Shown piece by piece: positions 39,480 to 50,505 of a DNA stretch of 64,000 bases. The notes under the pieces are model-generated. The model saw only the letters and a list, made by a program, of their open reading frames with translations, had not been told where the DNA came from and searched no databases. The DNA comes from an uncultured Chloroflexia bacterium. Lineage in GTDB: Bacteria; Chloroflexota; Limnocylindria; QHBO01. The DNA lies in contig CAWGIY010000009.1 of assembly GCA_963822845.1 (NCBI GenBank), positions 543,631-607,630 on the forward strand, in the 5' to 3' direction. Numbering within the stretch: the stretch's first letter is position 1; every line of letters starts with the position of its first letter. The translations under genes were made by a program, and so were the position numbers.

Positions 39480-42400
39480 CTAGGCGATCCGCTCCTCCGC
39501 ACCCGCCCGCAGCTCGACCGCCACCGGCACGCCGGCCGCCTTCACCAGCGTCTCGCCGAGCCGATCGTCCCAGCGGACGCCCTCGGCCAGGCGCAGCATC
39601 GTGGTCGTGCCGCGCACCGAGAGCGCCACGCGAATCGGTCCGGGCCGATCCCGCACGACGCCCTGGATCGACCGCACGATCTCGTGGAACTGCGACTCCG
39701 GGTAGCGGTCGATGAGCACCGCCACCATCGCGGCCGATCCCGCCGGCGCCGACTGGAGCGGCACCGAGTTCGTCGGCACCGGCGGCTCCTCCGCGGGCTC
39801 CGGCGCGCCGAGGTCCTCCGCCACGGGCACGGCAACTGGCGTGGGCGCAACCACCGGGATCGGCTCGCGGACCGATGCGCGACCGTTGCGCTCCCAGCGC
39901 CCGCGCGGCGCCAGCATTCGGTCGCGTTCCGCGCCGAACGCCTGAACCCCCATCCGCACCGCGTCGTCCCAGGCCCACACCGCCTCGCACAGGATCTGCG
40001 GCGCCTCGTCGCGGCGGTCGAGGCGGCCCGAGACGAGCACGATCGAGTCGTTGGACCAGGCCTGCGCGGTCTGCTCGTACACCTTCGGGAAGACGACGAC
40101 CTCGACGGAGCCGGTGAGGTCCTCGAGGGTCGCGACGAGCATCGTCGAGCCGGCGCGGGTGATGACGCGCCGCGACCCTGCGACGATCCCGCCCAGCGTG
40201 ACCTTCGTCTGATCGGCCTCCTCGGCCAGGTCGGCCACCTGCACGGTCACGTAGTCGGGCAGGTCGGCCTCCATCTCGCGCAGCGGATGGTCCGACAGGT
40301 ACAGACCGATGAGCTCCTTCTCCCAGCGCAGCCGCTCGCGCTTCGGGATCTCCTCGCCACCGCCGAGGAACGAGGTGCCGCCGCTCTCCGCCGGCATCGC
40401 GAAGAGGTCGAAGAGCGTCGACTGCCCCGCCGCCACGTCGCGCTGATGGCGCGACCCGTTCTCGAGCGCAGCGTCCAAGGCTTCCAGCAACGCGCCCGCG
40501 GTCCCCAGCGACGCCATCGCGTTGGCCTTGATCAGCGACTCCAACACCCGACGGTTGAGCACGTGGAGGTCGACCCGCCGGCAGAAGTCGTCGAGCGACA
40601 AGAACGGCCCGGGCTCCGCTCCCCCGTCGCGGATGGCGGCGATCGCGTCGACCGCGCCCTCGCCGACGTTCTTGATCGCAGCCAGGCCGAAGCGGATTGC
40701 CTCGGGCGCGCCAGAGGCATCGGTCTCGACCGCGAAGAGGGCCAGCGACTTCTGCACGTCCGGCGGACGGACCTCGATCCCGAGCCGGCGGCACTCGGCG
40801 ATGACCGCGGCGACCTTCTCGGCGCGCTCGCGGAAGCCGTTGAGGACCGCGGTCATGAACTCGATCGGGTAGTTCGCCTTCAGGTAGGCCGTCTGGTAGG
40901 CGATGAGCCCGTAGCAGGTCGCGTGGGCCTTGTTGAAGCCGTATCGAGCGAAGGGCTCGAACTCGGCGAAGACCTTGTCGACGATGTGCGGCGGGATGCC
41001 CTTCTTCTTCGCGCCGGCCTTGAACTTCGCCTCGTGCTGGCGGAGGACGTCCTCCTTCTTCTTGCGGATCGCGTAGCAGAGGTTGTCCGCCTCGGGGCCG
41101 GTGTAATCGGCCATGGCGATCGCCGCGGTCATGATGTCTTCCTGGTAGACGAAGATCCCGTACGTGTCCTTGAGCGCCGGCTCGAGCGCCGGATGCAGGT
41201 AGGACACCGGCTCCTCGCCGTGCTTGCGGCGAATGTAGGCGGGGATGTTCGCCATCGGTCCGGGGCGGAAGAGGGCGACCATGGCGGCCAGGTCGCGCAC
41301 CTCGGTCGGCTTGAGCTCGCGGACGTATCGGCGCATCCCGGAGCCCTCCAGCTGGAAGACCCCCATCGTGTCGCCGTGGCCGAGCAGCTCGAACGTCTTC
41401 TTGTCGTCGAGCGGCAGCGTGTCGACGTCCAGCCTGACGCCTCGGTGCTTCTCCACCAGGTCGATGGCATCGGCCAGGATCGTCAGGTTGATGAGGCCCA
41501 GGAAGTCGAACTTCAGGAGGCCGAGCGCCTCGCAGGCGTGCATCTCGAACTGGGTCATCGTCGTGCGGCCGTCGGTCGCGCGCTGGAGCGGCATGATCTC
41601 GGTCAGCGGCTCTCGCGAGATCACGATCCCGGCCGCATGCGTGGAGGCGTGCCTGGACACCCCCTCGAGCTGCTTCGCGATGCCGATGAGCTTGTCGACC
41701 CGGTCGTCCCCCGCCATCAGCTCGCGCAGCTGCGGGGAGGTCTCGACGGCGCGGTCGAGCGAGATGTTCAGCTCCAGCGGGACCGCCTTCGCGACGCGAT
41801 CCGCCTCGGCGTAGGTGAGGCCCATGGCGCGGCCGACGTCGCGGATGGCCGCCTTCGCGCCCGAGCGTCCCGAAGGTGATGATCTGCGCCACCCGGTCGT
41901 CGCCGTACTTCTGCGTGACGTACTCGATGACCTCGTCCCGGCGGCTGTCCTGGAAGTCGATGTCGATGTCCGGCATCGTCACCCGGTCGGGGTTGAGGAA
42001 GCGCTCGAAGGGCAGGCCGTACTCGAGCGGGTCGACCGGCGTGATGCCGAGTGAGTAGGTGACGATCGAGCCCGGCGCGCTCCCCCGGCAGGTCGTCATG
42101 ATCCCCCGCTCGCGGGCGAAGCGGATGAAGTCGGCCACGATCAGGAAGTAGCTGCTGTACCCCATCCGATCGATGATTCCCAATTCGTAATCGAGCCGGT
42201 TACGAATCTCATCGGTAAGCGTCTGGTAACGCTCCAGTAATCCGCGATCGCACTCCTTGCGCAGCCAGGACGCATCGGTCTCGCCGGATGGCACCTCGAA
42301 GTGCGGGCAGGCGCAGCCCCTCGAAGTCCAGCGACACGTTGCACTGCTCGGCGATGACGAGCGTGTTGTCGAAGGCCTCGGGCAGCTCGCCGTTGAAGAG

Positions 42401-43168
42401 GCGGCGCATGTCGGCGGCGGGCTTCAGGTAGAACTCGTTGTTCTCGAAGCGCATCCGCCCCGGCGTGTCGAGGTTGGACGCGGTCTGGATGCAGACGAGG
42501 AGGTCGTGCGCCTCGTACTGCTCCGGGTGGGTGTAGTGCGTGTCGTTCGTCGCCAGCAGCGGGATGTTCTGCTTTCGCGCCAGCTCCACCAGCTGCGGGT
42601 GGAGCCGCGCCTGGTCGTCGATCCCGTGCTCCTGGATCTCGATGTAGAAGTTCCCGTCGCCCAGGATGGACCGATAGCTGTCGGCGGCCTCTGCCGCTCC
42701 CTGTTCGTCACCCTGCGCCAGCCGTTTCAGCACCTCCCCGCCGAGGCAGGCTGAGGTACCGATGAGCCCCTGGGAATGCTTCGCCAGCAGCTCCTTGTCG
42801 ATCCGCGGCTTGTAGTAGTAGCCGTCGAGGTGCGCGGCGGTCGTCAGCGCCAGGAGGTTGCGGTAGCCGACGTCGTCCTTCGCCAGCAGGATCATGTGGT
42901 GGTAGTCGGCGTCGGCCTTGCCCTCCTTCTGGGTCATCCCGCGAGGGCTGATGTAGGCCTCGAGCCCGAAGATCGGCTTGATGCCCGCTCTCTTGGCGGC
43001 GGCGGCGAACTCGATCGTGCCGTACATGCTGCCGTGATCGGTCAGCGCCAGGGCCGTCATGCCCTGGTCCGCGACGCGCTGCGTCATCTCGCCGGTGCGG
43101 CTCAGCCCGTCAAGAAGGCTGAATTCCGAGTGGACATGGAGGTGGCAGAACCCCCCGGGTTCAGCCAT
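39480..43168 (-). CDS. dnaE: DNA polymerase III alpha subunit (DnaE), interrupted by two apparent frameshifts (about 42298 in a C homopolymer, and about 41850).
   Basis: PHP domain (HLHVHSEFSLLDG) in one frame, palm/fingers in a second and the remainder in a third. At 42298 the observed ctgcccgcacttc versus the expected ctgccgcacttc restores LDFEGLRLPHFEVPSGETD. Confidence 0.9.
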
Positions 43169-43299
43169 GTTCTCGCGGCCGTCGTGATGATCGGAGCATC
43201 GATGAAGACGTCAGAGAACGCGCGGCTGCCACCGTTCCGAGGATACGGACTGACTCTCGCCATCGAAGGACGAAATTGCGCATCGGGGATCAGTCAGCC

Positions 43300-43545
43300 T
43301 TAGGCGCGCAGATCGATGACGCGCTGAAACTCGACGACCTCGTCTCCCAAGAGCCGATAGCGAATCAGGACGTCCTCCACCGAGTAGTCCACGATCGCCC
43401 CGTCGGAAAGCTCACGCCGTCGATGTCCGGGACTTGGATCCTTCGCGATCTCGTCCTCGGCGAAGTCCAGGGCCAACCGCACTACTCGAGGGAGCTGTTC
43501 CCTTACCGACCGGTACTGCGGCGAGTACACCACCCGCATCGGCAC
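43300..43545 (-). CDS. Type II toxin, RelE/ParE family.
   Basis: 81 aa, RelE/ParE-like pattern (...VDYSVEDVLIRYRLLGDEVVEFQRVIDLR). GGAGGA RBS 7 nt upstream of the GTG start, inside the upstream ORF. Confidence 0.7.
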   Translation of the reverse strand: MPMRVVYSPQYRSVREQLPRVVRLALDFAEDEIAKDPSPGHRRRELSDGAIVDYSVEDVLIRYRLLGDEVVEFQRVIDLRA

Positions 43546-43559
43546 CTGCGCTTCCTCCC

Positions 43560-43759
43560 TCGGTGGTGCGTTCGCCGGTCATCCCGATCTCGAGCATGTA
43601 CTTCTCGAAGGCTTCTGGACTCATTCGGTCAAGCTCGTCCCGGCCTGGCCACGAGCGACGGACGCGATAGCGGCGCCAAGCGGCCCGCGGAGACGTCCAG
43701 AAATCGATGATGAATCGGCCCGCGGTCGTCCCGACCACCGCTCGGAGGAGGGATCTCAT
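43560..43759 (-). CDS. Putative cognate antitoxin; family unresolved and 3' end uncertain.
   Basis: Small ORF immediately upstream of and co-directional with the toxin. Coding signal fades near the toxin RBS and no in-frame stop is found, so an indel is suspected. Confidence 0.35.
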
Positions 43760-43829
43760 GGCCGTCCACTGTCGCCGAGATCCGATGTGGGCAACAAGGT
43801 CTGGCGGGCTGAACTTCTCAACAATCGCG

Positions 43830-43847
43830 ACGAAACGAGTGTTTCGT
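43830..43847. promoter_or_regulatory. Dyad ACGAAAC-GAGT-GTTTCGT in the AT-richer leader of the TA module. Candidate operator.
   Basis: Perfect 7-bp inverted repeat 70-90 nt upstream of the antitoxin start. Confidence 0.35.
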
Positions 43848-43987
43848 GGAAAACCACTACCCAGATCTCCGGTCCACAGATGCGCCTAATGCGACTGTCG
43901 AACATTTGTTCTATTGTGGGCGCAATCGCACCAGGCGTCAATGCGCGCGACCGGAGGTCGTAAGCCTCCTCATCACCGAATGATCGC

Positions 43988-44713
43988 CTAGCCGGCTTCC
44001 AACGCGGCTTCGTGGAGCCGCAGGGGATCCACGATCGTGACCTGACCGCGTCCCAGGCGCAGCATCCCCTCGGTCTGGAACTTGTGCAGGTGGCGCGTGA
44101 CCACTTCGCGGGCCGACCCCACGGCGTCCGCGATCTCGCTATGGCTCATCATGACGGCGAGGGGCTGCTGTGGACCCCGGACGGAGCAGAGGTGCAACAG
44201 CTGGCGTGCCAGCCGCTGGTGGACCGACCCCTGGGCGCGGATGACGATCTCGCCGTACGTCTCGATGAGGCGGACACTCAGCTCGCGAGCAATCGCCATC
44301 GCGAGGTCCGGATGTGCGTGCGCCAGTGTCACGAGCTTGTGCGTGTCGAGCCGCAGGAGATCGCAGTCGGTGATCGCCTGCGCCGATATCGAGCCTGACG
44401 CGAACACGGCCGCGATGCCGATCGATCCGCCGGCCGTCGCATGGCGCAGCGTGACCTGCCGGCCCGATCGGGTGCGCAGGAAGACCCGCGCCATGCCCGA
44501 AAGGACGATCCCCGTCCAATGCGGGTCCATCTCCGAAACGAAGACCTCACCCGCGTCCACGTGCTGAACGACGGCTCGCCGCGTCAGGGCATCGACGACG
44601 CGCGGATCCACGCTCGCCAGGAAGCTCCCCCGTAGCGCACTCCTCGAAGTCACCGCCGACCGCCCGGACGGTGGGCCGGTGGCGGCGGGTCTGGCTGGGG
44701 TTCCCGTGGTCAT
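43988..44713 (-). CDS. Crp/Fnr-family transcriptional regulator (cNMP-binding domain plus C-terminal HTH).
   Basis: cNMP-binding beta-roll region and HTH (…SHSEIADAVGSAREVVTRHLHKF…). Start uncertain: ORF reaches 44860 but GC3 supports about 44713. Confidence 0.7.
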   Translation of the reverse strand: MTTGTPARPAATGPPSGRSAVTSRSALRGSFLASVDPRVVDALTRRAVVQHVDAGEVFVSEMDPHWTGIVLSGMARVFLRTRSGRQVTLRHATAGGSIGIAAVFASGSISAQAITDCDLLRLDTHKLVTLAHAHPDLAMAIARELSVRLIETYGEIVIRAQGSVHQRLARQLLHLCSVRGPQQPLAVMMSHSEIADAVGSAREVVTRHLHKFQTEGMLRLGRGQVTIVDPLRLHEAALEAG

Positions 44714-44952
44714 CCGAGATACGACCGCTGCGGCGAGTGTGCCCGCGGCTCGGGGCAGCCTGCAGCACCGGCTTCCGATCGCGGCCCCCTTCAGAGAATA
44801 CCCAACCCGGCAAGGACGTTGGTGACCGCGGTCACTGCGGACTCGGGCGCGCAGGCGCACAGTGGGGCGAGAGTCCAGATGCCTCAGCGCGACCGTGCGC
44901 CCGCCCCGCCGTCGCCAGGCTCCCCCTGGCGTTCCTGCACAGGAGCTCCCTC

Positions 44953-46178
44953 ATGAGTGCGGTCGCGACCGTCACCGAGATCCGCCCCTTCCACGTCGAC
45001 GTCCCCGACGAGGCGTTGGACGACCTTCGTCGACGCATCGCCGCCACGAAGTGGCCCGAGCAAGGAGACCGTCGCCGACGAGTCGCAGGGCGTCCCGCTC
45101 GCCACGATGCAACAGCTCGCGCACTACTGGGCGACCGACTACGACTGGCGCAAGGTCGAGGCCGAGCTCAAGGCACTGCCGCAGTTCGTCACCGAGATCG
45201 ACGGCCTGGACATCCACTTCATCCACGTTCGTTCGCGGCACGAGGGCGCGCTCCCGCTCATCGTCAATCACGGGTGGCCGGGCTCGATCATCGAGCAGCT
45301 GAAGATCATCGATCGGCTGACCGACCCGGTGGCGCACGGCGCGAGCGTCGAGGACGCGTTCCATGTCGTGATTCCGTCGATGCCGGGCTACGGCTTCTCC
45401 GGAAAGCCGACGAGCACTGGATGGGGCCCGGAGCGCATGGCTTCGGCCTGGGCCGAGCTGATGGAGCGCCTTGGCTACACCCGCTACGTCGCCCAGGGCG
45501 GCGATTGGGGTGCGTTCGTCGTCGACCAGATGGGGTTGCAGGCGCCTCCGGGATTGCTCGCCATCCACACCAACATGCCCGCCACCGTTCCGGCCGACGT
45601 CGACAGGGCTTCCCTGGCCGGCGAGCCACCGCCGGCCGGACTGTCGGCGGAGGAGCGACGAGCCTACGAGCAGCTGATCCGAACGTACAAGCAGGTCGAG
45701 TACGCGAGGATGATGGCCGCACGCCCGCAGACGCTCTACGGGATCGCAGACTCCCCCGTCGGGTTGGCCGCCTGGCTGCTCGACCACAACGATGCCGACG
45801 GCCAGCCGGCCGCGGCAGTCGTCTCCGCCCTGGACCGGACGAACGAGCGATACCGGCGAGCTGACGCGTGACGAGGTCCTCGACAACATCACGCTCTACT
45901 GGCTGACGAACACGGGGGTATCGGCCTCTCGCCTGTACTGGGAGTACAAGGGCGGATTCTTCAACGCCAAGGGCGTCTCGATCCCCGTTGCCGTCACGGT
46001 GTTCCCGGGCGAGCAGTACCAGGCGCCGCGCAGCTGGGCCGAGCGGGCCTATCCAAACCTCATCTACTTCAACGAAGTCGACAAGGGCGGCCACTTCGCC
46101 GCCTGGGAAGAGCCCGAGATCTTCACCGACGAGCTGCGAGCGGCGTTCCGGTCGCTCCGAGAAGGGAATTCCTCATGA
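44953..46178 (+). CDS. Epoxide hydrolase (microsomal EH N-terminal domain plus alpha/beta-hydrolase), interrupted by two +1 frameshifts (about 45060 and about 45860).
   Basis: Colinear with the intact paralogue downstream across three frames: IRPFHVDVPDEALDDLRRRIAATKWP ... HGWPGS ... DNITLYWLT ... GGHFAAWEEPE. Confidence 0.8.
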
Positions 46179-47431
46179 CCACCGCGTTCGAGACCGCCAC
46201 CGAGATCAGGCCGTTCCACCTCGAGATTCCAGACGAACGGATCGACGACTTGCGCCGGCGCATCGCGGCGACGCGCTGGCCCAGCAAGGAGCTCGTCCCG
46301 GACCGATCGCAGGGCGTGCAGCTGGCGACGATGCGCGAGCTCGCCCGCTACTGGGCGACCGAGTACGACTGGCGCACGTGCGAGGCGAGGCTGAACGCGC
46401 TCCCCCAGTTCACGACCGAGATCGACGGGGTCGAGATCCACTTCATCCACGTCAGGTCGCGGCATGAGAACGCGTTGCCGCTGATCATGACGCACGGCTG
46501 GCCCGGCTCTGTCGTCGAGCTGCTCGAGACCGTCGGCCCGCTGACCGACCCGACCGCCCACGGCGGCACTCCCGACGACGCGTTCCACCTGGTGCTGCCG
46601 TCCCTGCCCGGCTACGGCTTCTCGAGCGAGCCGACCGAGCTCGGCTGGGACGCTGCCCGCACCGGACGCGCGTGGGCGGAGCTGATGCACCGCCTCGGCT
46701 ATGACCGCTACGTCGCCCAGGGCGGCGACGTGGGCGCCCTTGTCACGGACCTGATGGGTCGCCAGGCGGTCGAGGGTCTGGTCGGCTACCACCTGAACCT
46801 GCTCACGGCGGTGCTCGCGATCGGCGATCAGTTGCCCAGGGAGTCCGAGCAGGAACGCACAGCGGCCGCGGCGGTCGCGGCATTCAGGCAGGACGGCTTC
46901 GGCTACTTCCTCGAGATGGCCACGCGGCCGCAGACGATCGGCTACGCCCTGCTGGATTCACCCGTTGCGCTGGCGGCCTGGCTGCTCGATCACGACACCG
47001 ACAGCTACTACAAGGTCTCCCGCGCGTTCCTCGACGGCCAGCCCGTGGGCGGCCTCACCCGGGAGAGCATCGTCGACAACATCACCCTGTACTGGCTGAC
47101 CGGCACGGCGATCTCGGCGGCCCGGTCGTACTGGGAGGACGGACGAGCGCTGGCCGCAGCGCTCGCGAGCGGCCAGCCTCCACCGCCGGTCTCGGTGCCG
47201 GTCGGCTTCACCACGTTCCCCGGCGAGATCTGGGCGTCGCCACGGAGCTGGGTCGAGGCGGTCTACCCCGACCTCGCCTACTTCAACGAGGCCGAGAAGG
47301 GCGGCCACTTCGCCGCCTGGGAGGAACCCGAGCTCTTCACCACCGAGGTGCGGGCCGCATTCAGCTCGCTCCGCGGAAGCCTCGAGCCCGTGCCGATGGC
47401 GGAGATGGCCGCTCGCAGCCCAGCGCCGTGA
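46175..47431 (+). CDS. Epoxide hydrolase (intact tandem paralogue).
   Basis: 418 aa with the EH N-terminal domain, HGWPGS and GGHFAAWEEPELF. ATGA overlap with the upstream gene. Confidence 0.85.
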   Translation: MTTAFETATEIRPFHLEIPDERIDDLRRRIAATRWPSKELVPDRSQGVQLATMRELARYWATEYDWRTCEARLNALPQFTTEIDGVEIHFIHVRSRHENALPLIMTHGWPGSVVELLETVGPLTDPTAHGGTPDDAFHLVLPSLPGYGFSSEPTELGWDAARTGRAWAELMHRLGYDRYVAQGGDVGALVTDLMGRQAVEGLVGYHLNLLTAVLAIGDQLPRESEQERTAAAAVAAFRQDGFGYFLEMATRPQTIGYALLDSPVALAAWLLDHDTDSYYKVSRAFLDGQPVGGLTRESIVDNITLYWLTGTAISAARSYWEDGRALAAALASGQPPPPVSVPVGFTTFPGEIWASPRSWVEAVYPDLAYFNEAEKGGHFAAWEEPELFTTEVRAAFSSLRGSLEPVPMAEMAARSPAP

Positions 47432-48442
47432 TCCGTTCGCTGATTCACCGGCAGGCGGCCGACGGTGCAGCCCTGCCCGTCGAGGGTCAACTCCCCGGCT
47501 TCGAGGGTGCCACCGGCTGGCTGAACTCGGAGCCGCTGACGCCGGCAGGGCTGCGAGGTCGCGTCGTCCTCGTCGACTTCTGGACCTACACCTGCATCAA
47601 CTGGCTGCGGACGCTTCCGTACGTCCGCGCCTGGGCCACGAAGTACCGCGACCTGGGCTTGACCGTCATCGGTGTGCACACGCCGGAGTTCGGGTTCGAG
47701 CACGAGCGAGACAACGTCATCGCCGCAGCGCGGGACGAGAACGTCGACTACCCGATCGCGCTCGACAACGACTACGCGGTCTGGCGGGCGTTCGCCAACA
47801 ACTACTGGCCGGCCATCTACATCGCCGATGCGGAGGGGCGACTTCGGTATCACCACTTCGGCGAAGGCGAATACGCCATGACCGAGATGGTCATCCAGCA
47901 GCTGCTCTCGGACGCCGGAGCCGATGGGATCGACGGCGAGCTGGTCCACGTTGAGCCCGACGGCTTCGAGGTCGATGCCGACTGGCAGAACGTCCGGTCT
48001 CCGGAGACGTATCTGGGGTACGGCAGGACCACGGGCTTCGCATCCCCCGATGACCTCCAGGCCGATACGGCGCACGCCTATCCCGAGCCTGCGGGGCTCC
48101 GACTCAACCAATGGGCGCCGACCGGGAATTGGACGATCGCGCGGCACGCCGCGGTGTTGAACGACGCCAACGGGCGCATCACCTTCAGGTTCCACGCCCG
48201 GGACGTGCACCTCGTCATGGGCCCTGCGACGCGCGGGACCTCCGTGCCGCATGCGCGTGACGGTCGATGGGCAGAACCCCGGTGCATCGCACGGGCTGGA
48301 CATCGACGAGTCAGGCGCCGGGACGGTGGCCGACCAGCGCCTCTACCAGCTGATCCGCCAGAACGGTCCGATCTCCGAGCGCGTGGTCGACATCGAGTTC
48401 CTCGAGCCGGGCGTCGAGGCCTACTGCTTCACCTTCGGCTGA
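47428..48442 (+). CDS. Thioredoxin-like/redoxin-domain protein with a DipZ-like C-terminal domain; one +1 frameshift near 48250.
   Basis: N-terminal redoxin region in one frame. The conserved C-terminal ...RVTVDGQNPGASHGLDIDESGAGTVADQRLYQLIRQNGPISERVVDIEFLEPGVEAYCFTFG lies in the next frame. Confidence 0.75.
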
Positions 48443-48460
48443 GGCAGCCGCTCCGCCGGT

Positions 48461-49160
48461 ATGCTGGCGGGCATGTCGGCAGGTGCGACTCTCACGGCCC
48501 GGGCCTTCGTCGGCAGCCTGGCGTCCCTCCGCCCTGCGGATGCCAAGGGTGACGGCCCCTACGCCGGCATCGGGATGGGCCAGGTCTTCAAGCTGGCCAA
48601 AGAATTCCAGGCGATGCCGCCGGCCGAGATCGAGCAGCTGCTCGAGAACGACGATCATCTGGTCCGCGTCGGCGCCGTCAGCATCATGGACTGGCAGGCG
48701 CGAGACAGGAAGACGCCGGCCGAGCGGTCGGCGCGAGCTGTTCGACCTGTACATCCGCCGGCACGACCTGATCGACACCTGGGACCTCGTCGATCGCAGC
48801 GCGATCCACGTCGTGGGTGAGTACCTCGTCGACAAGCCGCGGGACATCCTGCACGAGCTGGCGCGTTCCGAGAGGCCGATGGAGCGGCGAACCGCGATCC
48901 TCAGCACCTATGCCTTCATCCGGCGCAACGAGCTCGACGACACGTATCGGATCGCGGAGACGCTCGCGAACGACCCGGACGAGCTCGTCTGCAAGGCCGT
49001 TGGCTGGATGCTGCGCGAAGCCGGAAAGCGGGACCAGCCCCGGCTCGAATCGTTCCTCGAGGCCCATGCCGCGACGATGCCGCGGGTGATGCTCCGCTAC
49101 TCCGTCGAGAAGCTCGACAAGGCCGACCGCGACCGCTACCTCGCCATGAAGCGGCGCTGA
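48461..49160 (+). CDS. DNA alkylation repair protein (AlkD/AlkC-like HEAT-repeat glycosylase); one +1 frameshift near 48715.
   Basis: N-terminal ...GIGMGQVFKLAKEF... in one frame, and the remainder (...TWDLVDRSAIHVVGEYL...KAVGWMLRE...) in the next. Confidence 0.7.
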
Positions 49161-49207
49161 CCGCGCTGGGCGCCGCGTCCGGCATTGCTCGTGCATCCGA
49201 CCCCGGC

Positions 49208-49696
49208 ATGGCGAGCACTGCCAGGTCGGGGCGGGCCAGCACGGTGGGGCCGACGGTGCTGCTTGGCATCGGCCTTGGTGGATTCTTCGACGGCATCGTG
49301 CTTCACCAGATCCTTCAGTGGCACCACGTGCTGTCGGCTCACGTGCCGGCGGATTCCCTTGCAAACCTGGAGCTGAACACGTGGGCGGACGGGCTCTTCC
49401 ACGGAGCGACGTGGGTCTTCACGTCCCTCGGGCTGGCATTGCTCTGGGGGGCGGTCAGGCGCGGCGCGCCGCTCGGCTGGAATCGGTTGATCGGCGGGCT
49501 GCTGGCAGGGTGGGGCGGATTCAACCTGGTCGAGGGGCTCATCGACCACCACATCCTCCAGCTACACCACGTCCGCCCGGGACCCGACGAACTGCTCTAT
49601 GACCTCGGCTTTCTCATCTGGGGTGCGGTGATGCTCCTCGCCGGGGTCATCCTGCTGGGCAGGGACGGGGCACGCAGTTCGCCGCGCGAGACGTGA
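49208..49696 (+). CDS. DUF2243-family membrane protein.
   Basis: Four TM segments with conserved His-rich motifs (HQILQWHH, HHILQLHH). Confidence 0.6.
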   Translation: MASTARSGRASTVGPTVLLGIGLGGFFDGIVLHQILQWHHVLSAHVPADSLANLELNTWADGLFHGATWVFTSLGLALLWGAVRRGAPLGWNRLIGGLLAGWGGFNLVEGLIDHHILQLHHVRPGPDELLYDLGFLIWGAVMLLAGVILLGRDGARSSPRET

Positions 49697-49760
49697 GGTG
49701 CGCGGGCGCCAGCGCCATGAGGTTGCGTTAGACCTCAGCCGCGGCGTCTGCCAGTCGGGC

Positions 49761-49961
49761 TCAGTCGAAGTCCCAGATCCCGCGGCCGGCCGAGAACTGG
49801 AGCACGAGCCCGCATCGGCGGCAGATCTGGAGGACGAGCTTGTGGCTCGTGATCCCCCATCGGGAGTCCATCCGTCCCTGCTGGCGGTCGAACTCGGTGC
49901 TGCCGCACAGCGGGCACTTCAGGACCGGCTTCGCGGCCTCTTCGGCTTGTTCCCAGGTCAT
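49761..49961 (-). CDS. Small zinc-ribbon protein (66 aa).
   Basis: CPLCGS...CRRCG pair. Compact ORF between flanking genes. Confidence 0.45.
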   Translation of the reverse strand: MTWEQAEEAAKPVLKCPLCGSTEFDRQQGRMDSRWGITSHKLVLQICRRCGLVLQFSAGRGIWDFD

Positions 49962-50013
49962 CGGTGTCTCCCTCTCCTGCTTGAGCGCAGCCTAGCAAGG
50001 CCGATCAATCGGT

Positions 50014-50430
50014 CTACGCGAGGACCGCAGTTGCCTCGATCTCGACCTTGCAGCGCGGATCAGGCAGGCTGCTGATCCCGATGAACGTGACCGCCATGGT
50101 CGGCGGCTCCGAGCCGTAGACCGCGGCCGACGCCTCCGCGAACGCGCCCATCACCTCTGGCCTCAAGTCCACCACGAACACCGTCGTCTTGACCGCATCG
50201 TGGACCGTCGCCCCGGCGGCTTCCAGCCCCAGCACGACGTTGCGCATCGCCCGCTCGAACTGGGACCGGTGGTCCGGGCCGGCGAGCTCGCCGGCGGCGT
50301 CCACCCCCACCTGCCCGGAGACATGCACGAGGCGCGTGCCTTGCGCCACCGTGACCTGGCAGTAGCCGAGCGCGGGCGGCAGGGTCTCGGGGTTCAGGCG
50401 ATCGATGCTTGACGGAACGGGTGCAGTCAT
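50014..50430 (-). CDS. RidA/YjgF/L-PSP family protein.
   Basis: 138 aa, typical length and conserved core for RidA. Confidence 0.75.
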   Translation of the reverse strand: MTAPVPSSIDRLNPETLPPALGYCQVTVAQGTRLVHVSGQVGVDAAGELAGPDHRSQFERAMRNVVLGLEAAGATVHDAVKTTVFVVDLRPEVMGAFAEASAAVYGSEPPTMAVTFIGISSLPDPRCKVEIEATAVLA

Positions 50431-50505
50431 GGTCTCCTCCTACTGGAAAGTGCGAATGTCCAATATTAGGCAGTAGCACTTCCCAATGTCAACCGGAGGC
50501 AATCA
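50431..50505. promoter_or_regulatory. Divergent promoter region with dyad GGAAAGTGC-N22-GCACTTCC. Candidate MerR-type operator.
   Basis: AT-richer 75-bp spacer between the RidA and MerR-family genes. Dyad read from the sequence. Confidence 0.3.
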
